The notes: generated from the letters alone by a model not told the origin. Shown: positions 1 through 9,353, counted from the stretch's first letter. The stretch is DNA of 64,000 nt from an uncultured Desulfarculaceae bacterium (GCA_964514105.1 CAZEPJ010000014.1:1889-65888); one strand, 5' to 3'. Program-made: numbers and translations.

Positions 1-363
1 GCCCAGGACATGGACACGGCCCGGGCCATGGGGGTCAACATCCGCCACGTGGTCAACCTCAACTTCCTCATCGCCTCGGCCATCGCGGCCGTGGCCGGGG
101 TCCTCACGGCCATCAACTACAACTCGGTCCTCCCCACCATGGGATCGGTCCCCGCGTACAAGACCTTCGCCATCGTGGTCCTGGGCGGCATGGGTTCGAT
201 CCCCGGGACCATCGCCGCAGGCCTCATCGTGGGGCTGGTCGAGACGGTCATGTCAGCGTACTTCGGCTTCATCATGCCCCGCGACGCCATCGCCTTCACG
301 GCCATGATCCTGATCCTGGCCTTCCGTCCCCAGGGCCTCTTCGGGGGAGCCAGGGCCGCATGA
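1..363 (+). CDS. livH: Branched-chain amino acid ABC transporter permease LivH, C-terminal part; the 5' end lies outside the window
   Basis: The ORF runs from the window edge. Its C-terminal sequence (…VLGGMGSIPGTIAAGLIVGLVETVMSAYFG…) matches the LivH permease family. Its stop overlaps the start of the next permease gene. Confidence 0.8.
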   Translation, partial: AQDMDTARAMGVNIRHVVNLNFLIASAIAAVAGVLTAINYNSVLPTMGSVPAYKTFAIVVLGGMGSIPGTIAAGLIVGLVETVMSAYFGFIMPRDAIAFTAMILILAFRPQGLFGGARAA

Positions 364-1253
364 GCTGGGGCTACCTCATCACCATCGGGGACATCGTCGG
401 GATCTATATCATCCTGACCCTCTCCCTGAACATCATCTCCGGATATGCGGGCCAGCCCTCCCTGGGCCAGGCGGCCTTCTTCGGCATCGGGGCCTATGCC
501 TCGGCCATGCTGACCACCAAGGCCGGCATGAGCTTCTGGCTGGCCCTGCCCCTGGCCGTGGGGGCGGCCGGGGTCGTGGGGGCCCTGGTGGGGATCATCT
601 CCCTGCGCATCAAGGGGGACTTCCTGGCGGTCACCACCATCGGGGTGAACTTCGTCATCGTCTCGATCTTCGAGTACTGGGACTTCTTCGGCGGGGCGTA
701 CGGCATCTCAGGAATCCAGTATCCGTCGCTCTTTGGGCTCACCCTGTCCCGGGGCTACTACCTGGCGCTCATCCTCTTCTTCGTGCTCGTCACGGCCCTG
801 TTCTGCCTGCTCGTCACCCGCTCCTGGCTGGGGCTGGCCCTGGAGGCCATCCGGGAGGACGAGGACGCGGCCGAGGCCTCGGGCATCAACTGCAAGAAGT
901 TCAAGATCGTGGCGTTCTCCCTGGGGTGCGGCGCGGCGGGACTGGCCGGGGTCCTGTACGCCCACTTCATGCGCTTCGTGGTCCCCGTGGACTTCTCCTT
1001 CCCCATCTCCATCACCATCGTCTCCATGATGGTGGTGGGGGGGACGGGAAGCATCCGGGGGGCAGTCCTGGGGGCGGTGCTCATGGCGGCCCTCCCCGAG
1101 ATCCTCCGGCCCCTGGCCAATTTCCGCCTGCTCTTCTACGGAGGGCTCATGGTCCTCATCACGCGCTTTCAGCCCCAAGGGCTTTTCGGCACCCAGGCCT
1201 TCCTGGTCCGGCGCCTGTTCGGGCGGTGGGTCGGGGCCGGGCCGGGGCCGTGA
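360..1253 (+). CDS. livM: Branched-chain amino acid ABC transporter permease LivM
   Basis: 297-aa multi-transmembrane protein with the LivM-like opening (MSWGYLITIGDIVGIYIILTLSLNIISGYAGQPSLGQAAFFGIGAY). It overlaps livH by 4 nt and is followed by two ABC ATPase genes. Confidence 0.85.
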   Translation: MSWGYLITIGDIVGIYIILTLSLNIISGYAGQPSLGQAAFFGIGAYASAMLTTKAGMSFWLALPLAVGAAGVVGALVGIISLRIKGDFLAVTTIGVNFVIVSIFEYWDFFGGAYGISGIQYPSLFGLTLSRGYYLALILFFVLVTALFCLLVTRSWLGLALEAIREDEDAAEASGINCKKFKIVAFSLGCGAAGLAGVLYAHFMRFVVPVDFSFPISITIVSMMVVGGTGSIRGAVLGAVLMAALPEILRPLANFRLLFYGGLMVLITRFQPQGLFGTQAFLVRRLFGRWVGAGPGP

Positions 1254-1265
1254 GGGACGGGGACT

Positions 1266-2009
1266 ATGGGGCCCGTGCTGCGACTGGACAAGGTGAGAAA
1301 GGCCTTCGGCGGACTCCAGGCTGTCCGGGACGTGGACCTGGAGGTCAACGCCAACGAGATCCTGGGCCTCATCGGCCCCAACGGAGCGGGCAAGACCACC
1401 CTGTTCAATACCATCTGCGGGGTGTATCGGCCGGACGGGGGGCGCATATTCCTGGACGACCGGGAGATCACGGGTCTGCCCACCCACCGCATTGCCCGCA
1501 TGGGGATCGGTCGGACATTTCAGATCGTCAAACCGTTCCGGAACATCACGGTGGAGCGAAATGTCCTGGCGGCGTTGGGACATGAGGCCATGGCGGGGCT
1601 CCGGGCCGGCCTCCTGGGCACCGGGCTGGGGCGCCACCGGGAACGGGTCAGAGGGCTGCTGGGGCTGGTGGGCCTGGCGGGGGTCATGAACGAGACCCCG
1701 GGCACCCTCACCCTGGGACACCAGAAGCGGTTGGAGATCGCCAGGGCTCTGGCCCTCGAGCCCAGAGTGCTCATGCTGGACGAGCCCTTTGCGGGGCTCA
1801 GCCAGGAGGAGATCGGCCCCCTGGCTCGGGTCATACGGGACCTCCGGCACCAGGGGCTCACCATCCTGCTCATCGAGCACAACATGCCGTATGTGATGGA
1901 GCTGTGCGACCGCCTGGCGGTCCTGCACTTCGGGGAGAAGATCCGCGAGGGGTGCTGCGAGGAGGTTCGCTCGGACCCGCGGGTGATCGAGGCGTATCTG
2001 GGAAGGTGA
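1266..2009 (+). CDS. livG: Branched-chain amino acid ABC transporter ATP-binding protein LivG
   Basis: Walker A GPNGAGKTT, ABC signature, and the LivG-specific C-terminal extension (…EEVRSDPRVIEAYLG). Confidence 0.9.
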   Translation: MGPVLRLDKVRKAFGGLQAVRDVDLEVNANEILGLIGPNGAGKTTLFNTICGVYRPDGGRIFLDDREITGLPTHRIARMGIGRTFQIVKPFRNITVERNVLAALGHEAMAGLRAGLLGTGLGRHRERVRGLLGLVGLAGVMNETPGTLTLGHQKRLEIARALALEPRVLMLDEPFAGLSQEEIGPLARVIRDLRHQGLTILLIEHNMPYVMELCDRLAVLHFGEKIREGCCEEVRSDPRVIEAYLGR

Positions 2010-2068
2010 CAGGGCCGGGGGGCGCTCCCTGCTGGGAACGCCCCCCGGCCAAGGATCGGGGACGGGGC

Positions 2069-2773
2069 ATGCTCGAGGCCAGGGATCTGTCCGTGTACTA
2101 CGGCCGGTACTGCGCCGTGAGGAACGCTTCATTCGAGGTGGCCAGGGGGGAACTGGTCACGTTCATCGGGGCCAACGGCGCAGGCAAGACCTCCACCATC
2201 CGGGCCATCCTGGGCCTGGCCGACCGGACGGAAGGCCGCATCCTGTTCGAGGGCCGGGACATCACCGACCTGCCGTCGCACCAGCGCGTCCGCCTGGGCA
2301 TGGCGATGGTGCCCGAAGGAAGGAAGATCTTCCCGGATCTCACCGTTTCGCAGAACCTCTCCATGGGGGCCTTCCCCGTGGCGGACCCCGCAGCAGTGGA
2401 CAGGCGGCTCTCCTGGGTCCTGGGGCAGTTCCCCATTCTGGCCGAGCGCCGCAGGCAGCTGGGAAGGCACCTTTCGGGCGGCGAGCAGCAGATCCTGGCC
2501 ATCGCCCGGGCCCTCATGAGCGGGCCCAAACTGCTCCTCATCGACGAGGTCTCCATGGGCCTCATGCCCATCGCCGTGGACCGGGTCTTTGAACTCATCC
2601 GGCAGCTCAACGCAGAGGGGACGACCATCCTGCTGGTGGAGCAGAACGCCCGAAAGGCCCTGGCCGTGGCCCAACGGGGGTACGTGCTGGAGTCAGGGGT
2701 CGTCACCCTGCACGACACGGCCCGCAACCTCATCCACAACCCCAGGATCGTGGCGGCGTACCTGGGGGGATAG
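2069..2773 (+). CDS. livF: Branched-chain amino acid ABC transporter ATP-binding protein LivF
   Basis: Starts MLEARDLSVYYG, has GANGAGKTS Walker A and LSGGEQQ signature, and ends PRIVAAYLGG. The ATG at 2069 is chosen inside the longer ORF 1904-2773. Confidence 0.9.
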   Translation: MLEARDLSVYYGRYCAVRNASFEVARGELVTFIGANGAGKTSTIRAILGLADRTEGRILFEGRDITDLPSHQRVRLGMAMVPEGRKIFPDLTVSQNLSMGAFPVADPAAVDRRLSWVLGQFPILAERRRQLGRHLSGGEQQILAIARALMSGPKLLLIDEVSMGLMPIAVDRVFELIRQLNAEGTTILLVEQNARKALAVAQRGYVLESGVVTLHDTARNLIHNPRIVAAYLGG

Positions 2774-2879
2774 GACCCCTGGGCCCTGGGCTATTGACAA
2801 TCCCGGGGGGGTGGGTGAGCATGGTTGGGTATCCGCGCGCTGCCGGCGGGACCTCCGCGGATCTCCCGACGAAAGGAGC

Positions 2880-3869
2880 ATGACGCAGATGACGAGATGG
2901 ATCCTGGTTTGTCTGGTCTCCACCTTGGCCATAACCATGCCGGGCGCCGCCTGGGCCCAGCAAGGGCCCACCGTGCTCAAACTGGCGCATCTGACGGTCA
3001 AGGGGGGATTCCTGGACCAGAGGGCCCAGAAGTTGGCCGAACTGGTTTCCCAGAAGACCGGGGGGAGCGTGAAGATCGAGGTCTTCCCGGAGCAACAGTT
3101 GGGAAGCATCGATCAGATCCTCCAGGGCGTGTCCAAGGGGACCATCGACATGGCCCAGGAGCTGGAGTCCTTCATGGATGTCTACGAGAAGGACTTCACC
3201 ATCTACTGGGCCCCCTTCATGTTCAGTCGCGAGGAGATCCGGTTCAGCGCGTATCTGGAGGAGCTCCGGGAGCGGGTGCGCAAGAAGGTGGGCATCCGCA
3301 CCCTGCCCGGACTGGCCTTTCGGCCCCCGTTTCACCTCTGGACCCGCAACGAGCAGGTGACCAGCCCCAAGGAGCTCAGGGGGATCAAGCTGCGCGTGTG
3401 GGAGTCCAAGACGCTCTTTGACACCTGGAAAGGCCTGGGGGCCGCGCCCGTCACCATGCCGTGGGGCGACGTGCCCCAAGCGCTGTCCACAGGGACGGTG
3501 GACGGCCTGTTCCACAACATGGTGCAGGTGCGGGACGAGAAGCTCCACGCGAACCTCAAGTATTGCACCCTGTTGAACTTCGTGAAGCTCTATGACGTGA
3601 CCTGGATCAACGACAAGCGCTTCAGCGCCCTGCCGCCCAACGTGCAGAAGGCCCTCAGCGAGGCCGCTCAGGAGGCGGCGGACTGGTTCTCGGCGGAGGC
3701 GCACGCCCTGGACGAGCAGGCCATGAAGGACTGCGCGGCGGCCGGGGTGGTGTTCCTGGACGTGGAGCGGGAGCCCTGGGTGCGCGCGGCCGCCCTGGCG
3801 CACAACGACCTGGAGCGTTCCGGAATCTGGTCCAAAGGGTTGCTCATGAAGCTGGGCAAGGCCTATTGA
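2880..3869 (+). CDS. TRAP transporter substrate-binding protein, DctP family
   Basis: RBS AAAGGAG 5 nt before the ATG at 2880. Signal peptide MTQMTRWILVCLVSTLAITMPGAAWA. DctP-family body (…KLAHLTVKGGFLDQRAQ…FMFSREE…). No dctQM genes are adjacent. Confidence 0.8.
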   Translation: MTQMTRWILVCLVSTLAITMPGAAWAQQGPTVLKLAHLTVKGGFLDQRAQKLAELVSQKTGGSVKIEVFPEQQLGSIDQILQGVSKGTIDMAQELESFMDVYEKDFTIYWAPFMFSREEIRFSAYLEELRERVRKKVGIRTLPGLAFRPPFHLWTRNEQVTSPKELRGIKLRVWESKTLFDTWKGLGAAPVTMPWGDVPQALSTGTVDGLFHNMVQVRDEKLHANLKYCTLLNFVKLYDVTWINDKRFSALPPNVQKALSEAAQEAADWFSAEAHALDEQAMKDCAAAGVVFLDVEREPWVRAAALAHNDLERSGIWSKGLLMKLGKAY

Positions 3870-4004
3870 CCCAGGAGATCCTGCGGATCCCGCGGGGGGC
3901 GCATTGAAGGCCCACGGGCTCATGTCTCGACGGTTGTAGGGACCGCCGGGAGGGCAACGGAGGCACCCCCCCCGCGATCTCGAAACCCGTGAAAGAGGAG
4001 GGGA

Positions 4005-4706
4005 GTGATGAGAGGGAAGCTGATTCCGTTGTTGTTCCTGTTGGCAGCCTTGGCAGGGGCGTGCGCCCCTCAGGCGCACATGGGCGTCCAGGACCGGGCG
4101 TTGATGGCGCCCCCGGAGTTCGCCCAGACCGAGGCGGCCATCGCCCAGGCCGAGAGGTCGCCGGGGGCCAAGCAGTGCCCCGACAAGATCGCCAAGGCCA
4201 AGGAGCTGGCCAAGCAGGGCATCGAGACCTACTGGGCGTGCCGGACCGAGGACGCCCTGAAGATGCTGGCCGAGGCCCGAAGGCTGGCCAAGGAGGCGGA
4301 GGGCTGCCAGCCGCCGCCGGCCCCGGCTCCCAAACCCACGCCGCCTCCTCCGCCGGCGCCGCCCAAAAAGGAGATCAGCTTCAAGTGGGTGTACTTCGAC
4401 TTCGATAAGTTCGTGCTCACGCCGCAGGCCCGGGGCATCCTGGACGAGACCGCCCGGATCCTCCAGGCCAACCCCGAGGTCAAGCTGGAGCTGGCCGGCC
4501 ACACGGACGGCCGGGGCACCGACGGGTACAACCGGCGGCTGTCGGAGAAGCGCAGCAAGGCGGTGTACGACTACCTCATCACCAGGGGCATTGCCCCGGG
4601 TCGCCTCAAGCCCACGGCCTTTGGCGAGGCCAATCCCGTGGCCTCCAACGAGACCGAGGAGGGGCGGGCCAAGAACCGGCGGGTGGAGCTCAAGATCCTC
4701 AGGTAG
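4005..4706 (+). CDS. OmpA-family lipoprotein with a Pro-rich linker and an OmpA C-terminal peptidoglycan-binding domain
   Basis: Lipobox LAGC, then PPPAPAPKPTPPPPPAPP linker, then an OmpA_C domain (…FDFDKFVLTPQARGILDE…LAGHTDGRGTDGYNRRLSEKRSKAV…NRRVEL). RBS GAGGAGGGG upstream. Confidence 0.85.
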   Translation: MMRGKLIPLLFLLAALAGACAPQAHMGVQDRALMAPPEFAQTEAAIAQAERSPGAKQCPDKIAKAKELAKQGIETYWACRTEDALKMLAEARRLAKEAEGCQPPPAPAPKPTPPPPPAPPKKEISFKWVYFDFDKFVLTPQARGILDETARILQANPEVKLELAGHTDGRGTDGYNRRLSEKRSKAVYDYLITRGIAPGRLKPTAFGEANPVASNETEEGRAKNRRVELKILR

Positions 4707-4740
4707 GGGATCTCGCGCAGCGGCCGCGTGCGTCTCGAGG

Positions 4741-4775
4741 GGAGCGGACCCCTGGGTCCGCTCCTGCTTTTTTCT
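4741..4775 (+). terminator. Rho-independent terminator after the ompA-family gene
   Basis: GC hairpin GGAGCGGACCC-CTG-GGGTCCGCTCC followed by TGCTTTTTTCTG. Confidence 0.6.
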
Positions 4776-4873
4776 GCCGGGCCGGCGCGTTCACCCATGG
4801 ACAATCCCCTGCCCCGCCCCCTGATCCGGGGCGGAGGCCCGGGGGGCCGGCAAACAGGGGGGTACGCAAAGAC

Positions 4874-5860
4874 ATGGTCAGGTTCGGGTTCGTGCTTTGC
4901 TCGCTTCTGTGCATCCTGGGCGTGGACCCTGCGGGAGGGGCCCAGGGCCAGAAGGCCAAGGACTTCAAGGTCTGGCTGGGGGAGTTCCGGAAGGAGGCCC
5001 TTGCCGCTGGGGTCTCATCCAAGACCCTGGATCTGGCCCTCAAGGACGTCACTCCCCTGGCGCGGGTCATCGAGCTGGATCGCAAGCAACCCGAGTTCAC
5101 CCTGTCTCTCGAGGAGTACATGAGCCGGGTGGTGAGCGAGGCCAGGGTGGCGCGAGGCCGCGAGGCGTGGGTCAGGCACCGGGAGCTGGTGGAGGCCATC
5201 GCCGAGCAGTACGGGGTTCCGCCCCAGTATCTCATGGCCCTCTGGGGGATGGAATCGAGCTACGGCTCGTCGCCGGGGGATTTCCCGGTCATAGGATCTT
5301 TGGTGACCTTGGCCTACGACGGCCGGCGGGGGGCCTATTTTCGAAAGGAGCTGGTCCTGGCCCTGCGAATACTGGACAAGGGTCACGTTTCCCTGCAGCG
5401 GATGACGGGCTCCTGGGCGGGGGCCATGGGGAACTTCCAGTTCATGCCCTCTTCCTTCTGGAGCTATGCCACGGATTACAATGGCGATGGGCGCATGGAC
5501 ATATGGGGGGATCTGGGGGATTCCATTGCCTCGGCCGCCAACTACCTCTCCAAGCTGGGATGGAAAAGGGAACAGGGCTGGGGGCGGGAGGTGCGGATCC
5601 AGGAGGGTTTCGATCGAAGTCTGGTGGGTTCCCAGGTGCGCAAGAGCCTGGGGGAGTGGCAGGCCCTGGGCGTGATGGGCCCGGACGGGGAGGAATTGAG
5701 GGACCCCCCCTCGTGGACGGCGGCCCTGATCCAGCCCGACGGTGCCCAAGGCAGGGCCTTTCTCACCTACGACAACTACCGCGCCATCATGAGTTGGAAC
5801 CGCTCCCATCTCTTCGCCATCTCCGTGGGCACCCTGGCCGACCGCATCGCCGCCGAGTGA
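4874..5860 (+). CDS. mltB: Lytic murein transglycosylase, MltB family
   Basis: Signal peptide plus MltB-family motifs (…YLMALWGMESSYG…, …GAMGNFQFMPSSFWSYA…DGRMDIW…). Confidence 0.85.
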   Translation: MVRFGFVLCSLLCILGVDPAGGAQGQKAKDFKVWLGEFRKEALAAGVSSKTLDLALKDVTPLARVIELDRKQPEFTLSLEEYMSRVVSEARVARGREAWVRHRELVEAIAEQYGVPPQYLMALWGMESSYGSSPGDFPVIGSLVTLAYDGRRGAYFRKELVLALRILDKGHVSLQRMTGSWAGAMGNFQFMPSSFWSYATDYNGDGRMDIWGDLGDSIASAANYLSKLGWKREQGWGREVRIQEGFDRSLVGSQVRKSLGEWQALGVMGPDGEELRDPPSWTAALIQPDGAQGRAFLTYDNYRAIMSWNRSHLFAISVGTLADRIAAE

Positions 5861-6072
5861 GGGATGGCTCAGGGCCTCGACCTATCCCCTCCCCGCCGCA
5901 CCGGAGATAACGTTCCTGTATGGCCCGGGGCCTTCGGGTTACCATTTGGTATCCTTCCATCGGGGCAGATCTCGGGAAATCAAGGGGTTGGATCTGGCAC
6001 GGGCGTTGCATTACCGTCTGTGCGGGCCTCGATTGCGGGCCATGAACCTCGGGGCAGCGAGGGGAGATGGAC

Positions 6073-6333
6073 ATGCAACGGATGACAACGACGGGCGAAG
6101 TCCTCACCCGGAAGATCTCCCTGACCAAAGTGGACTCGGTGGGGAAGGAGCAACGCGGCGCCGTGGTTGGCTGGGAGCACGGGGTCCCCAAGAAGGGGGA
6201 ACGGTACAGCGTGTTCCTGGGAAAAGGCCGGGTCCTGAGGACGAGCCCCGTGGAGGACGTGCGGACGAGTGCGGACGCGGTCCTGATCAAGACGGCCAAC
6301 TCCATCTACCGCGTCCAATACCTCAAGGGATGA
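6073..6333 (+). CDS. Small hypothetical protein carrying a conserved ~70-aa domain that recurs in two other proteins in this window
   Basis: RBS GGGGAG 6 nt before the ATG at 6073. The C-terminal part aligns with the C-termini of ORFs 36748-37236 and 47559-48113 (RYxV…V.R(T/S)S.(V/I)..V…T.NS.Y). Confidence 0.5.
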   Translation: MQRMTTTGEVLTRKISLTKVDSVGKEQRGAVVGWEHGVPKKGERYSVFLGKGRVLRTSPVEDVRTSADAVLIKTANSIYRVQYLKG

Positions 6334-6462
6334 TGATCTCGCAAGAGGTCAGCAAATGCCCCCTTTCGTCGTCCCCTCGAGGGACGCAATCCCGTGTTTT
6401 CAGCTGGTTCGATGATTCCTGGACCCCGGTTTTCCACGTGCTGACGGCTTCTTGCCACACCA

Positions 6463-7065
6463 TCAAGGGATGACCCCCGCGGGTTTCCCCTCCCGGAGAT
6501 CCCCCCGCTGCCCCGGGGCCGCCGCGGCGCGCCATCCGCATGCCAGGCTCTCCAGGTTGGGCCTCGCCAGGTCGGACCTGGAGAGCCCCCCAACCACGGC
6601 CATCATCTCCTCCCGCGTGAATGGAAGCCAGCCCAACTGCTGGGCTGCGGCCAGCATGATGAGGTTGACCCCCACGGGATAGCGAAGCTCCTGGGCCAGG
6701 AGGGTGGCGGGAACGCCGCGCCACGCGATTCGATGGGCCCGAAGATAAGCCTGGACCAGGGGGCCCTGGAGCTTGCCAGCCCCCTCGTTGACGAGCAGCA
6801 TCCCCTCGGGCCGCAGAAAAGCCAGGTACCGGAGGCCTTCGTTCTCCTCCATGCCCAGGACCAGGTCCGCGGCCCCCTTGCGGATCATGGGGGCCAGGGC
6901 CCCCCGGCCCATCCTCACATGGCTGACCACCGAGCCGCCCCGCTGGGCCATGCCGTGGGTCTCGGCCCCCAGCACGGGCCAGCTCCTCCTCATGGCCAAT
7001 TCGGTCAGGACCCGGCTGACGAACAAGATCCCCTGTCCCCCCACGCCCGAGAGCAGGATGTTCAC
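6463..7065 (-). CDS. iorB: Indolepyruvate:ferredoxin oxidoreductase beta subunit
   Basis: Begins VNILLSGVGGQGILFVSRVL…, the IorB hallmark. The GTG start at 7065 overlaps the iorA TGA stop (GTGA), and GGGAGG sits 7 nt upstream. Confidence 0.8.
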   Translation of the reverse strand: MNILLSGVGGQGILFVSRVLTELAMRRSWPVLGAETHGMAQRGGSVVSHVRMGRGALAPMIRKGAADLVLGMEENEGLRYLAFLRPEGMLLVNEGAGKLQGPLVQAYLRAHRIAWRGVPATLLAQELRYPVGVNLIMLAAAQQLGWLPFTREEMMAVVGGLSRSDLARPNLESLACGWRAAAAPGQRGDLREGKPAGVIP

Positions 7066-8927
7066 GGCGCATCCTCCCGGTCCGCTGTCTTCCCAATGGC
7101 CTTCTTGGGACAGACCGCCACGCAGACCCCGCAGCCCGTGCAGAGCCGAGCGTCCACGTTCACCCTTCCTTGTTCCGGATTCCACAGCAGGGCCGGACAC
7201 TCGAAGGCCTCCACGCAGTGCCGGCATCCTCCGCAGCGATCACTGATCCGGACCGGTGCGCCCCGCCCCTTGGCAGCATCTCGCCGGGCGATGAGGCACG
7301 GGTGGCGGGCGATGACCACAGCCACCCCCCCCTCGGGAGAGCGGACGTGCTGGCCGGCACGCTTGAGCAGCTTCATGAACCCCCGCAGGTCGTACGGGTC
7401 GTGGACCTCCAGGAACTCCACGCCGCAGCCGGCCACCAGGCGCTCGAGGGGGATGGGCCGTCCCGGAGAGCCGTTGACCCGTCTGTCCCATGCGGGCGTG
7501 GGCTGCATGCCCGTCATGGCTGTGACCTCATTGTCCAGCAGGACCAGCACGAAGCGCGCGCCGTTGTGGACGGCATTGATCAGGGCTGTGCTTCCCGAGT
7601 GGTAGAAGGTGGAGTCCCCCATGGTGGCCACGATGGGCTGCTCGCGGCCGTCCTGGTGGAAGGCCTGGAAGATCCCGCTGGCCAGCGTGATGCCCGAGCC
7701 CATGTCCAGGACGGTGTCCACCCCGCCGAGGTTCGCCCCCAGGGTGTAGCAGCCGATGTCGCTGGTGAACACGGCGTCGGGGAATGCCCTCTTGATGGCG
7801 TAAAAGGAGGCGCGATGCGGGCAGCCTGCGCACAGGGTGGGGCGGCGCTGGGGGAGGGCGACCTCCTGGAGCACCCGATGGATGGCGGGGCCGGCAATCC
7901 GCCGGCGCACGGTGCGGCCTTGGAGCCCGGCCGCCACGAGGCATCGATCCAGGATCTCCCACACGGTCTCGGGCCAGAGGTCTCCCTCTCGGGGCACGTG
8001 TCCCGTCATGCGCCCCCAGGCCTTTTCCCGCCCCGGCAGCTGGAGTTCCATGAGGCCGTCGGGCTCCTCTAGGACCAGGACCCACCGGCACCGCGCCATG
8101 AAGCGAGCGACTGACCGCATGGGAAAAGGAAAGGGCATGCCCACTTTGAGCAGCGGCACGTCCCCGACCCGGCGCTCCAGGAGGATCTCGCGCACCACTT
8201 GGAACGGCACCCCGCCTGCGATGATGCCCAGCTTCGCCTCCCGCCCGTCCGCCTCGAAGAACCGGTGCGTATGCCGCTCGGAGACGGCGGCCATGCGGTC
8301 CAGCTTGGCGTTGAGCTTGCGGTGCAGGACATGGCGAAAGCGGGGGGTGGCTGCCCAGCGCGTCACGTCCCGCACGAAGCGGGCCGGGGGAGGTTCAGAC
8401 AGGCGCACCGGCGCCACGGGCAGGTCCTGGCGGGCATGGCTCAGGCGCGTCACCGACCGCAGCATGACGGGGAGTTGGAAGCGCTCCGACAGAACCAGGG
8501 CCCCCCTGGCCATGGATCGGGCCTCGGCCGGCGTGGAGGGGTCCAGGACGGGGATCTTGGCCACCCGCGCCAGGAGGCGGGAGTCCTGCTCGGTCTGGGA
8601 GGAATGGGGCCCGGGGTCGTCGCAGGAGACCACGACCAGGCCCCCCAGCACCCCCACGTACGCCGCACTCATGAGGGAATCGCAGGCCACGTTGAGGCCC
8701 ACCTGCTTCATGCAGCATGCCGCCCGTTTGCCCACCATGGCCGCGGCAAAGGCCTGGTCCAGGGCCACCTTCTCGTTGACCGACCATTCGGCATATACCC
8801 CCAGCTCCCATCTGCGGGAAAAGGCGAGCACGGCCGGAAGGATCTCGGAGCTGGGGGTCCCGGGGTACGAGGCCACCACCCGGCAGCCGCCCTCCACGAG
8901 CCCCAGGGCGATGGCCTCGTTGCCCAT
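7062..8927 (-). CDS. iorA: Indolepyruvate:ferredoxin oxidoreductase alpha subunit
   Basis: Thiamine-pyrophosphate and two 4Fe-4S ferredoxin motifs (CGGCRHCVEAFECPA, CTGCGVCVAVCP), and the IorA-like N-terminus (MGNEAIALGLVEGG…). The ORF extends to 8954; the ATG at 8927 is preferred so that it does not overlap the upstream small gene. Confidence 0.85.
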   Translation of the reverse strand: MGNEAIALGLVEGGCRVVASYPGTPSSEILPAVLAFSRRWELGVYAEWSVNEKVALDQAFAAAMVGKRAACCMKQVGLNVACDSLMSAAYVGVLGGLVVVSCDDPGPHSSQTEQDSRLLARVAKIPVLDPSTPAEARSMARGALVLSERFQLPVMLRSVTRLSHARQDLPVAPVRLSEPPPARFVRDVTRWAATPRFRHVLHRKLNAKLDRMAAVSERHTHRFFEADGREAKLGIIAGGVPFQVVREILLERRVGDVPLLKVGMPFPFPMRSVARFMARCRWVLVLEEPDGLMELQLPGREKAWGRMTGHVPREGDLWPETVWEILDRCLVAAGLQGRTVRRRIAGPAIHRVLQEVALPQRRPTLCAGCPHRASFYAIKRAFPDAVFTSDIGCYTLGANLGGVDTVLDMGSGITLASGIFQAFHQDGREQPIVATMGDSTFYHSGSTALINAVHNGARFVLVLLDNEVTAMTGMQPTPAWDRRVNGSPGRPIPLERLVAGCGVEFLEVHDPYDLRGFMKLLKRAGQHVRSPEGGVAVVIARHPCLIARRDAAKGRGAPVRISDRCGGCRHCVEAFECPALLWNPEQGRVNVDARLCTGCGVCVAVCPKKAIGKTADREDAP

Positions 8928-8937
8928 GAGGACTTCT

Positions 8938-9222
8938 CTACGCCTCGGTGGCATGCTCGCCTCCCCCTTGGGCCTCTCGAATGAGATCCACGAGAGCGAC
9001 CGCCTTGGGCGGCGGCGGGGTCTCGAAGCAATCCGCCCATTGCTCAGGGGGGATGAGCCTGGCGATCACGGCGCGCAGACGCGGGATCACCTCTTCCCAG
9101 CACTGGAACAGGCGGCCGCAGGGCCTTCCCTCGGGCATCTGGTAGCAGTACGCGATGGGGACGGGATGGCCCAGTCTGGGACATCTCATCTCGGGCACGC
9201 GGTGGGTGGGGGCACTCTCCAT
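8938..9222 (-). CDS. Small Cys-containing hypothetical protein upstream of iorA
   Basis: RBS AGGAGGTG ~9 nt before the ATG (MESAPTH…). It has 5 Cys (CPRLGHPVPIAYCYQMPEGRPCGRLFQCW) and no family could be recognised. Its stop lies 11 nt before the iorA start. Confidence 0.4.
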   Translation of the reverse strand: MESAPTHRVPEMRCPRLGHPVPIAYCYQMPEGRPCGRLFQCWEEVIPRLRAVIARLIPPEQWADCFETPPPPKAVALVDLIREAQGGGEHATEA

Positions 9223-9353
9223 GGCTGATGCCACCTCCTGGCTTCCAGGCAACAAGGGCCGGGAGGCACAGACAACGCATCCGCTGCCTTCCGGCCCTTG
9301 GCATCATGTGGCGGGTTGTGACATCCCTTCCCGCCCTGGGCTATGAACGTAAA

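Noticed and set aside
2794-2830. TTGACA hexamer upstream of dctP as a promoter
   Set aside because: No acceptable -10 element follows at 16-18 bp (GAGCAT), so this was not reported as a feature.
708-4502. Long minus-strand ORFs (708-2132, 2730-4502) overlapping the liv and dctP genes
   Set aside because: They are antisense shadow ORFs typical of high-GC DNA. They have low-complexity Pro/Arg/Gly-rich translations and no RBS, and they overlap well-supported genes on the other strand.
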